A stretch of DNA of 64,000 nt from contig ML996695.1 in assembly GCA_010356995.1 (NCBI GenBank), forward strand, positions 629,061 through 693,060, given 5' to 3'. Of the stretch, positions 48,062-58,697 are shown piece after piece. This stretch comes from Trichodelitschia bisporula (lineage: Eukaryota). Made by a program: the position numbers and the translations under genes. The first letter of the stretch is position 1; every line of letters starts with the position of its first letter. The notes under the pieces were generated by a model. That model worked only from the letters and a program-made list of their open reading frames with translations, was not told the DNA's origin and made no database searches.

Positions 48062-51000
48062 ATGGCCTCCTCGTCAGAGGATGATGCTCCTCTTTTGAGG
48101 GGTCGAACCAACGGTGGTAAGTGATACCTCATCGGAAACTTAGTGCGCCTACTTCGTGAATGCGGCTCTTGTCTTCAGGCGTCATTGGACCCTTTCACTT
48201 CCGCCCACCACTTTTCCACTTTATATTTTACTCTCAAACTTCGAGGCCTCGCGCATTGTGTATATATGCAGCTCGGAATCTCGCATATACGTTCGCGGCC
48301 CGTGCTAACCTCCATTTTCTTCACGCAGTGAAACCTGCCCTTCCCGCACGCAAATCCAACGACGCCAAAATGTCGGACTCCAGCCTTTCCGATGCTCCCC
48401 TGCATCCTGACGATGTGAACCCGGGCGTATCCGTCCGCAACGGACCCGTCGAGGAAATAGATGTCGACGAGAAACCCACATCTGCGGCCACAAATGGCAA
48501 GCGGAAGTCGCGGCGTAGCACCAACGGAAAGAGTTATAAGGAAACCAGCTCTGACAACGACGATGACAAGCCGCTGGTATGGCTGGCCAACATTTTACCG
48601 CTCCGTTGCTGATGATCCTGCAGAGTAAACGCCGCCGCACTGGAGTCAAGGCCGAAGAATCCGACTCAGACGACATGCCCCTTGCGCGTGGCTCCAAGAC
48701 GCGGGTTAAGAAGCCACCGAAGGTCACCGCTGCTCAGATCGGCGAGTCCTCTGATTCCGACATTCCTTTGACCAAGAAGCTTGCAAAAGAGAAGCAACAA
48801 ATCGAAAAGGCTGCGGAGCGTACGGCCAAGTCCATTCGCGCAGCGGAGGAGAAGCCTCAGCCAAAGAAGCGTGCGTCCCGGGCCTCCAACGGAGTGAAAG
48901 CTTCTCCGGATGACGAAGCCCCCGTCAAGAGGGCGGGCAAGAAAGGTGCAACGGACAAGACGCCCGCTCGGAAGTCCAAGGCAAAGAAAGAACCAGAATG
49001 CACTCCCAAAAAGCCCAAGTCGCGCACGGATGAAGACGAGGAGGCTCAAGAGGAAGAAGAGGAGTACCGATGGTGGGAGGACCCCGGAAAGGGCGACGAC
49101 AGCATCAAATGGACTACGCTTCAGCATAACGGTGTGGTCTTTCCTCCTCCATATGAGCCTCTGCCGGAACACGTCAAGCTCATCTATAACGGCGTTCCTG
49201 TCTCCCTGCACTGGGAAGCCGAGGAAGTCGCTGGGTTTTATGGTACTATGCTCAACTCAACGGTCAACGTTTCGAACGAGGACTTCAACAGGAACTTCTT
49301 CGACGATTTCAAAGAAATTCTGGACCGCACTGGCCATGGCAAGGACCCGCAAGGCAGGACGGTTAAAATAAAGCAGTTCGAAAAGTGCGATTTCACAAAG
49401 ATTTTCGAGTACTACGAAGGCGAGCGCGAGAAGAAGCGCTCTCTCCCTGCTGCAGAGAAGAAGGCCCTCAAAGCCGCGAAAGATGAAGCTGAGGCACCGT
49501 TCATGTACTGCATGTGGGACGGTCGCAAGCAAAAGGTTGGCAACTTCCGTGTCGAACCTCCTGGTCTATTCCGTGGGCGTGGAAAGCATCCGAAGACCGG
49601 CAAGGTCAAGCAGCGCGTTCAGCCTGAGCAGATCACGATCAATATCGGTAAAGAGGGGACGGCCCCTTCTCCGCCTCCTGGACATCAGTGGAAGGAGGTC
49701 AAGCACGACCAGACTGGTACTTGGCTCGCTATGTGGCAGGAGAACATCAACGGTGCCTACAAGTATGTCATGCTTGCCGCCAACTCGGATATCAAGGGCC
49801 AAAGCGACTACAAGAAATTTGAGAAAGCTCGTGAGCTAAAGGTCTGTTTTTCGCTGATCGACTCGCATCGACTGCTAACCCCATACAGAAGCATATCGAC
49901 AAAATTCGCCGGGAGTACACTCGTGATCTCAAGTCTGAGATTATGGCCGATCGTCAGCGTGCCACTGCGGTCTATCTCATCGACAGGTTTGCTCTTCGTG
50001 CGGGTAATGAAAAGGGCGAGGATGAAGCGGACACCGTCGGCTGTTGCTCCCTAAAGTACGAGCACGTCACACTTCGGCCGCCTAACAAGGTCATCTTCGA
50101 CTTTCTTGGCAAGGACAGTATCCGGTTTTACGACGAGGTCGAGGTCGACCCTCAGGTCTTCAAGAACTTGAGGATCTTCAAGAAATCGCCAAAGAGGGAG
50201 GGTGACGAGATCTTCGATCGCCTGACGGTAAGTTTCTTGCCATTAGAGAAGTTGTTCCCGCTAACGTCTAGCAAGACTTCGGCCCTCAACAAGCACTTGA
50301 GCACATACATGCAAGGTCTGACGGCGAAGGTCTTCCGTACCTATAATGCCTCGTGGACCATGGCCACGCTGCTGAGAGATATGACTTCGAATGGCTCAAT
50401 CGCTGAGAAGGTTAAAGACTACAATGATGCCAACCGCAAGGTTGCGATTCTTTGCAACCACAAGCGTACTGTCGCCGCCGGTCATGCTACTCAGATTGAG
50501 AAGATGCAGGAGAAGATCAACGGCCTTCGTTACCAGCAGTGGCGCATCAAACAGATGATGCTGGCTCTCGAGCCGAAGCTCAAAAAGTCCAAGGGTGCCG
50601 CCTTCTTTGCGCTCCCTGAGGACCTGGGCGGTGATTGGGTTCAGAAACACCAGGAGGCTGAGCTCGAAGAGAAGCGTGAGAAGATCAAGAAAAAATTCGA
50701 GAAGGACAACGAGAACCTGGTGGCGGGTGGTAGCGACCCTATGCCTGACTCCGAGTTGGAGGAGCGCCTCCAGGAAGTCGAAGACCTTGCCGCGAAGTAC
50801 AAGAAGGAGAACAAGACTGGCAAGGTCGAACCGGAGGGCAGAAGCCCGACGATCGAGAAACTGGAGGCTACGCTCGAAAAGCTCCAGGTACGCATCGAGA
50901 CGTCTCGTGTTCAACTTGAGGACAAGGACAACAACAAGGAGGTCGCGCTTGGAACCTCCAAGATCGTGAGTAGACCAACACGCAGCATCCGCTGGTGATT

Positions 51001-51153
51001 ATACTGACGCGTATACAGAACTACATTGATCCTCGTCTGACTGTTGTGTTCTCCAAGAAGTTCAACGTCCCGATTGAGCGGTTCTTCTCCAAGACGCTCC
51101 GTGAAAAGTTCGATTGGGCCATCAAGTCGGTTGACGAGCACTGGGAATTCTAA
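48062..51153 (+). CDS. TOP1: DNA topoisomerase I (type IB), 6 exons
   Basis: [75 protein letters not shown] and LGTSKI|NYIDPR (catalytic Tyr). Confidence 0.97.
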
Positions 51154-53666
51154 CTGGAATATCATGGTTCAGTTGGTACGTAGCGCGGCCAGAACGGTGC
51201 ATGGCTCGTTTCTCCATCTGGTGAGGGACTAACTCGGTGTGTATGTTGGATGAGTGGCAATCACATTCATTCCTGTATTTCCGAGCATATGGACTGTGAA
51301 ATAGAAGCGACAATGTGGAGTTGTACGGTTCCCGCATCATTTCCGGAGCATTGGGTTCAACATGATCTGGCTAGGGATCTCACATCATTCGGCACAGCGT
51401 GGGCTCGGGCAAGAATCTCCTTCATACGGTATGGAAGGGTGCATGAGAGGAGCGGATGACGATTCTGCTCTTACTGTCCCCATATGAGGCTCGCTCCACC
51501 GTCTTCTCGTCCAGATCTGAGGTGTTTGTATATTGCTGGTAATGCCAGATTGCGTACATAAACTCCGTAAATGAGACGAAAGACACGTTTTGTGGCAAGC
51601 GATGAGTCCATAATTGATCAAATATGGTCGGGACAAAGACTGAACAAGGTGAAGCGAGAGTCGAGACTTGGGGCCCGTTCATCTGGTGGCACAAGCAGCA
51701 GAGGCGGGGGGCGGCGGAGCGGTCTGGAGTAGAGACATTGCGAGTATTTGTGCGAGCAGGCAAGTGCCGTGATGAGGAAATGACGATGTTCAGATAGGAC
51801 AAGGCGGCGAGTGAGCGGTTGGGGGGAAACGGTTGAGGAGGGAGTGTGGGTTGGTGTTGCACCGCACTGTGAACCTGAATCGGGACATGCCCTCACGTCT
51901 TCGAGTCCCGACTTCCGTTCGGCTACCTGCTGGTTGACATGAGAGTGGCAGGTGACATGCCTCATGCTAAGTGTCCGTACCGTACCAAGGCGGAAAAGAA
52001 TGCCGGCCAGGCGTCCGCGCGGAAACGGGAGGCTGGGGGTGTGGTCGATGGTCAGTCTGAGGATGGAGAGAGAGAACTCAAATTGGTCACAGCAACTTAA
52101 GGCATAGCAAGGTCCAGGGATTTAGCTAGCAGAGTTGGAGCACTGTACTGCAGCGTAGCAATATTGAAGGTGGTCAAAGTACCGCGCCGCAATTAACGCC
52201 ACGGGCCGACTACAAGTGTAGGATTTGATATGTTTCGGGGAATGCGACCATGCGAGAGGCAGAAAGGATCAGATGCGCATCACGAAAGGAGCAGGAAGAC
52301 GAATGGAATGGCTGGTACGGCTGGCTGGTGTCATGCTATGACCAGACCAGATGTCGAGTCACCAAAACGTCAACTCGATCTGTGCCTTTGCTCGGCGATG
52401 AGGCGAAGGATGCAAGCCCACCGTTGATGCAATGGAACGATGTTGTACATGCTCTGCACCGCGGGGTGGGGGGAGAGCTAGGCGGGGATGTACCCAGTAA
52501 CTTTAGTGACCCATTGCAGTCTCTGCCCCTGATCACCGAGGGGGGGGGGGTGGGCGCCTGTCAGTCACTTTGTACCTCAAAGGTTTCGAATCAGCTCAGA
52601 GGTACATGCGCCGTACCTGCAAACCCATGAGGTCCTTTAACTTTGGGTAGGACAGGCCGGCAGATCACACAGATCACAAAGTTGCAACACAGAGATGCCG
52701 ACTGAACACAATAATCCGCTCTTCCACCGCAGACGCCCACGGCGAAGGGTGCAAGGGGGGGGGCTTACAAGCTATTGGAAGCAAGCAAGAAAGACGAGGG
52801 GAAAAAGAAGAGAGAGCAGGAAAGAGGCGGGACGTCGTGGACAGCTTTATTGTATCACGTTCCACGAAGCTACGGCAAGTGAAGCTCGAGCTTGACTTCA
52901 CCTTGATATGCTCTGCTCCTTGCTGCATGTGGAGCATGTTCTGCTATGAATAGGTATGTGCAACATTAGATAGAAGCAAAAGATGATGATGTCGGTGGTT
53001 ACTGTTGTCAAAAGTTGCCAATGATGATGGAACTCTTCTCGGGCCGCATTCAGCTGGCAAAAGTCCGACGACGTGTGCTTCAATTCTGGTGACCATCTCG
53101 CGATGCTCCCCTGCGACCTGCAATGGCGTATCAACCCCGCAACCTGGAGATGAACAGGGTAACTCGAAATCTGGGAGCTTCACAATATGGACGGGCGCTA
53201 GCCGTCAAGCCATGCAGGCCGCAAGCCTCCTCCTGCATAAGCCGTCCTTACCAGGCATAGGTTAGGGGCCGCTTCTGGGGAAGAACTATTTCCTAGATCT
53301 AGTCTCCACGCCTTAGACTGTTGTTCGCGCGGAAAATCACCGCATCATTCTCTTCCTCAGAAAAAGCCTCTTGTACGCATCTAGCTCAGCGTCATCTACA
53401 AATTACGAGATCGTTGCGCTATTTTTCTCATATTGTACTGCCCTTTAACTCTGCAACCCTCCCCCCTCCCTTTCTCTGTACACTACCCCCTCCCCTTCTC
53501 TCCCCCAGCCGACCTCGAACCATTCCTGCGGCCCCCATTTCGCCCACACACACTTGTATTCACTCACCCCGCCCTAAACTGCAGCTCCTCATCTCCCATA
53601 CTCCACCCTCCTCCTCTCCTCTCCTTCTCTTCTCACCAAGCCCTTTGACTGTTCCATTCCGCAATC

Positions 53667-55164
53667 ATGAGCGGCGGCGAAGGGGAGAGCAAACCAGCCG
53701 TGCTCATCATTGGAGGCCTTGGTAAGTTCCCGCTCTCCCGCAGGACCCGGAGGTCCCGCCCGCACCGAAGCACCACATCCCGCTGCATCCGCGGCCACGC
53801 GGCAACAACCCCCACTGCCCACCTTCGCGACCTCGTTCGCTGAGGGCACAAGGCACACATTCAAAAGTTTGGTCCGCTAACATGGTCGCTTCGTGCGTCT
53901 AGGCTACATTGGTCGCTTCCTCGCCCTCCACCTCCACACCAACAGCTTGGCCTCGGAGGTACGTCTCGTCGACAAACACCTCCCCGAGCTGGCATGGCTG
54001 GCACCAGAGTTCGCGGAAGCGTGCTCTCGCGACAAGTTCATGCAGGCAGATGCCTCCCAGCCAAGTTCGTACTCTTCCCTCCCTTCCCCTGCCCTTCCCG
54101 CGGCAGCTCCTCCCCCATACAATGGTAGCCCTGGCTTACCATACGCGTGGTCCGCAGATAACCTCCCGCGAATCTTCAACCGCGCCAATGGCAAGGAGTT
54201 CGACTATGTCATCAACTGCGGCGGCGAAACGCGCTATCAGCAAGAGGATGAGGTGTACCGCGTACGCTCGCTCCAGCTGTCAACCACAATTGGCGCCGAG
54301 GCCGCGCGCCGGAACGTCAAGTGCTTCATCGAGCTAAGTACTGGCATGGTGTACAAGCCGGGCTCGTCACCGCGCGCCGAGTCAGCCAAGCAGAGTCCAT
54401 GGATCAAACTGGCGACGTGGAAGCAGACGGCTGAGCGCGAGCTGTCGGCAATGGAAGGGTTGAATCTGGTCGTGCTGCGCCTGGCCCACGTCTACGGACC
54501 TTATACGCCCAAGTTTGTTGGGACGGCGCTCTGTATGGCTCGTGTCTACCAGTACGAGCAGCGAGAGATGAAGTGGCTATATAGCCGGGACCTTAAGACG
54601 AACACAGTGCATGTCAAAGACGTAGTACGCGCCATATGGACGGCGGCGCAGTGGTACGCCCAGAAGAATACTCAGAAGCGGCCGGCTCCAGTCTTCAATA
54701 TTGCGGATCAAGGGAACACAGGTAGGTCCGGTCTGCTCTGGTTCTAGCCGAAATCTAACAGCCTTGCAGCTCAGGGCACGATGGCCGACATTATTACTCA
54801 GATCTTCAACATCCCAACCAACTTCCAAAACCCCGTCATGGCCACAATCGCGAAGTTTTGTCTCGATTCGGTAGTAGATGACGTCAACGACGAGACATTA
54901 GATCCCTGGGCTGAGCTCCAAGAGGCAGCGGGTATTACAAAGGCTACTCCGCTAGGGCCGTACATGGAGAAGGACCTGCTCAAGAACTTGGATCTCAGCC
55001 TCGACCCGAGCGCCTTTGTCCGAGAAACGGGTTTCCAGTGAGTAGCACGCCATGCTCCATTGCATTTCAGAATTGACCATCTCAGATATCAACATCCAAA
55101 GCTCACCAAAGAAGAGATCGAGGCTGTCATAGAAAGCTACCGGAGTATGAACTGGTGGCCCTAG
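53667..55164 (+). CDS. NAD(P)-dependent epimerase/dehydratase (extended SDR) family protein, 5 exons
   Basis: KPAVLIIGGLG|YIGRFLA (Rossmann glycine motif), FDYVINCGGETRY, FIELSTGMVY, VVLRLAHVYG, NTVHVKDV and a C-terminus ending SYRSMNWWP*. Confidence 0.88.
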
Positions 55165-56358
55165 AATTCAACTTGATTTCTCACTTCCGACTTACCACTG
55201 AACGCCGATATCGGATGACGACACGGCCTAGGACGTATTTACACGTAGGGACGCTGCATGGGACAGGGACACTCGCATATCTTCTTCCGCCTTCGCTTCT
55301 CCACATTTCCGGCGCGCTCATCATACGCCCCGTCGTTTAATTTCCTTGGCCTCCTACACGCCTTTTCCCGGAACCCCATGAGGTCTTGAGGATCGTGGCG
55401 TGCGACTATCCTGCGGCACAGCACTTGGCTGTTGCTTACTCTTTTCCCATTCTTACACCCGCTTTCCCCTCACATTAGCATGGACGAGGGAACACCATAT
55501 TGTTTGTTTTTTAATCCACTCGCTCGGCCATTTTCTTGCATATCTTGCGGCGACCGGGAGATGACGGCCCTTCACGGTGGACGATACTTATGGGGGGCGT
55601 AGGTTTGAAGCCGCTCCGATATAGGTGCTCGCGTTTCGGCGAAGCAAATACAATATCATACCCACATGCTATCCTTGGTTTCTCACCCAGAGACAGCCTT
55701 GTGCCTGGTGGGCCAGGTGACCGCCCCGCAGGTCCAACAAAAAAGAATATGGCGGCCCGCGGCGTGCGCCCTGCAGATCCCAGCTCAGCCCAGCACGCCA
55801 CTTCCTTATGTACCCCTTGCTTTGGCGCTGTGAGGCGCAACTGGCGCGCGGGTTCGGGCCGTGGTTGCGGCGCCGATCGTCTCGTCTTGATGACGGAGAC
55901 GGCGTCTAGAACTATCCGACGCCAATTGCTGCTGACATGCATTAACGGGACGATTTAGACTGCTTCGGGCAAGGTGAACGGACTCAGGGCCCAGAGCCAT
56001 GGTATGGATTGATGAAGCCGTGGACCTGGTCTGTTCCGTGAAGATGCAGATTGCAATTTGACTATCATTCTAGACCCTTATCATGTCCTCTGTACGCCAT
56101 ACTCCGCATATCCGGTCTTCAAACAACTGTTGGCCCATTTTCACCGATACTGAAGTCCTCACCGCCTCCTCTTACCAGGCCCGCTTGGGTACGAAAAACG
56201 TGGATTCCACCGCTAGATCCCACCGCAACTCCGACGCCGTGCACATTTCACTCCGTGACACGAAACGTCCAGGCGGCGTGCAACCCCACACAAACCGAAC
56301 CCTTCCACACGCACCACAGTTCCGCTCCGCTCCGCCCCTCCAACCCTTCGCTCCTTAC

Positions 56359-56952
56359 TCACAGCCCATCCCCACCCTTCTCAGCCTCCCCCTTCAACCC
56401 CCCAAGCCACGCCTCGAACCGTCCTGGCAAAACCCCCGCAAACATCGCGCGAACCACATACGCAAGCACCCCATCCATGCCCTCCCATGTGCGCACCTCG
56501 CATTCCCTGTCTTTCTCGATAACCTCATGCACGCGCTCGGCGCGCAGCACCTTTCCCATAATCCACGCCGCCTCCGTATCATTACTCCAAATCACGCGGT
56601 GAACTACACTCCCGTCCTTCTTTGTCGTGTGCGAGACTTCGTCAACTACTAGGTGTGTCGGATTCACGGACGAGGGCTTCGAAGGGTCCATCATCGCGTC
56701 GAGCGTGAAGCGCGTGCCTTTGTGCAGGCGCTCCGGCGCGGCGTCTGCTTCTGGCGTCGAAGGCTGCGCGCGAATCCGCGCGGCGGGCGCAAAGGGGTTC
56801 CAGCGCTCGTAGCTGGAAGGCGCAAGGAGGAGATCGAGAACCGGCGCGGCGGGCGCGGCGATGTGCGTGCGGGCGTGGATGCGGAACACGGGGTGCGGCA
56901 TCGAGGGCGGGTGGATGTCGGCTGGAGGCCAGGACTCTGATTCGGTCGTCAT
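56359..56952 (-). CDS. SRPBCC/START-like (polyketide cyclase/dehydrase family) protein
   Basis: Single-exon ORF of 197 aa with the ATG in acaATG context. IAAPAAPVLDLLLAPSSYERWNPF and LRAERVHEV...CEVRTWEGMDG...FEAWLGGLKGEAE fit the SRPBCC pattern. Confidence 0.75.
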   Translation of the reverse strand: MTTESESWPPADIHPPSMPHPVFRIHARTHIAAPAAPVLDLLLAPSSYERWNPFAPAARIRAQPSTPEADAAPERLHKGTRFTLDAMMDPSKPSSVNPTHLVVDEVSHTTKKDGSVVHRVIWSNDTEAAWIMGKVLRAERVHEVIEKDRECEVRTWEGMDGVLAYVVRAMFAGVLPGRFEAWLGGLKGEAEKGGDGL

Positions 56953-58697
56953 TGTTGATGTGCGTGGGATAGATGATGGATGTGCTGGTGATTGATGTTG
57001 TGGTGGTGGGTTTGGCAGGACGTCGGCGAAGCGAGCCGCCGGCGATCACCCCGTCCCGCTGCCGCGCGTGCAGATGCGCCGCGCGAGTGCCGGGCCGGGG
57101 CCTGGCCGTGGTGGGGCTTACCGCGTTGACGTCGATAGGCCCCGCGGACTTGCCGTCGCGCAGCGAGCTCGGCGAGCGAGTTGGAAGAGAGGTCAGCTCT
57201 CTGCTCGGGAGCGATCCGAGCGGCGTGCTGGGCATTGCGGGCGCCGTTCAATGAGGGGTTGACTCGCGCAGCGAGATCGGGACGTTGGGCTAAAAGCAAC
57301 GATTGGCACTACCGTACTGCCGAGCAGTAGGTGTCTTCCCCACACACCGAGGACGGGAACAGTGCTGATCTCAAGCTGGATATGGTTCGATTCCCCACAC
57401 TGTACGTAACCGGCCATCCGCCGCGGGTGCGATCCCGCCTCGCAACCCCGCAGCGCATCGCGGGAGAGTGCGCAATCACATGCTCCTCACCTCCGCCGCT
57501 AGTTCGGCCTCGGCAGGCGGAGATTACACCGCGACACACTGCTGCAAGCCTTGCAGGGCGGGAACGTCTCGGGCGAGCTCGACGTGCCAACTTCCAACCT
57601 GTAGCGGACGCAGGCTTGCTAGCCTCCCTCAAGCTCACGACTTTCAGGCCTATCACCACCAACAACACCAAATGCAGCCAGTTGCAAAATGGTATGACCG
57701 CCACCGCTTTCCGCACGAGAACTCCGCTTCGCTGGTACTAGTTACAACCTCTCTTCCCCTGGTCGACAAACTACCCGCCTACAACCCCGGGCCGGCCCTC
57801 GCTCGTATTCAGCGGGTTGTGGGGCATGCTGTGACGACCGTTCTATCTTGGGCGTTCATGCATCTGCTGCTGTGCGACTGCTATGCGCCATGCAGTGACA
57901 TTATGCAGTGGAGCAGGATGAGCTTGGCTTTGGCCTTGGAAATGGCCTGCTGCTTTTTTCAATCCAACGTGACATTCACCGGTGTTGTCCGCAATTGCAA
58001 CCTTGTGGTCCTTGACAGCAGCACTCCTGCTCCAGAAATAGGATGAATCACAGCCGTAAGATGCCAACATACTGAGGGGTATATTCCACGCTACCTTTTC
58101 CTTAATGAGAGCCGCATCAGCAGCAACTTATTATACACGCTCCTCCAGTGCCGCAAAGACCGCTCCAATATCCTCAAAATCCCCACCCAACCAGCAAGCA
58201 CATGAGAATATGTCCTAGTCCGCATTTTTTGCAGTTTAGCCAACCATTCGAGGCCTCGTCGTCCAGTCCTTGGACGTAAAGAAACCAACAATCCATCCCA
58301 GATCCCTTTCTCCCTTCGCCCAGGAGCCCAAGGCCGCATGAAAGCAAAGAAACCCCATCTCGTGATCACCCTAGTTCATCCCGTCGTGCAGCCCAGACAC
58401 TGGTCCTGCCAGCAAAATAAGCCGCCAAAAGAGAAAAGCAAGAAACGAAAAGGGGCCCAAAGTGAGGGTCATTAAAAATGGCGCTACATTCCAAAACGCA
58501 AAGGTGATGGCGTTGAGTGGTGACGTACGTGCTCGTCGCACAAGAGGCAAGTCGATGCGAAGTTCCCTCCCTAAGATCCAAGGCCCCAGATCCCCACACA
58601 TAAAATCGTTAGAAATATTCCGCATATTCCGGCTTGATTTTAGCCGAAAATGTGCCGATCTCTCGCCCAGCATGCGCTACTGTAAAGACAAATGCGC

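Noticed and set aside
16408..51153. RRN3, RPC40, SSB1 and TOP1 as a ribosome-biogenesis cluster
   Set aside because: They are spread over 35 kb and interspersed with unrelated genes, which is compatible with chance in a housekeeping-rich region.
57330..57410. tRNA gene around GGTTCGATTCC
   Set aside because: There is no 5-bp T-stem, acceptor stem or A-box/D-arm; only the B-box-like motif is kept.
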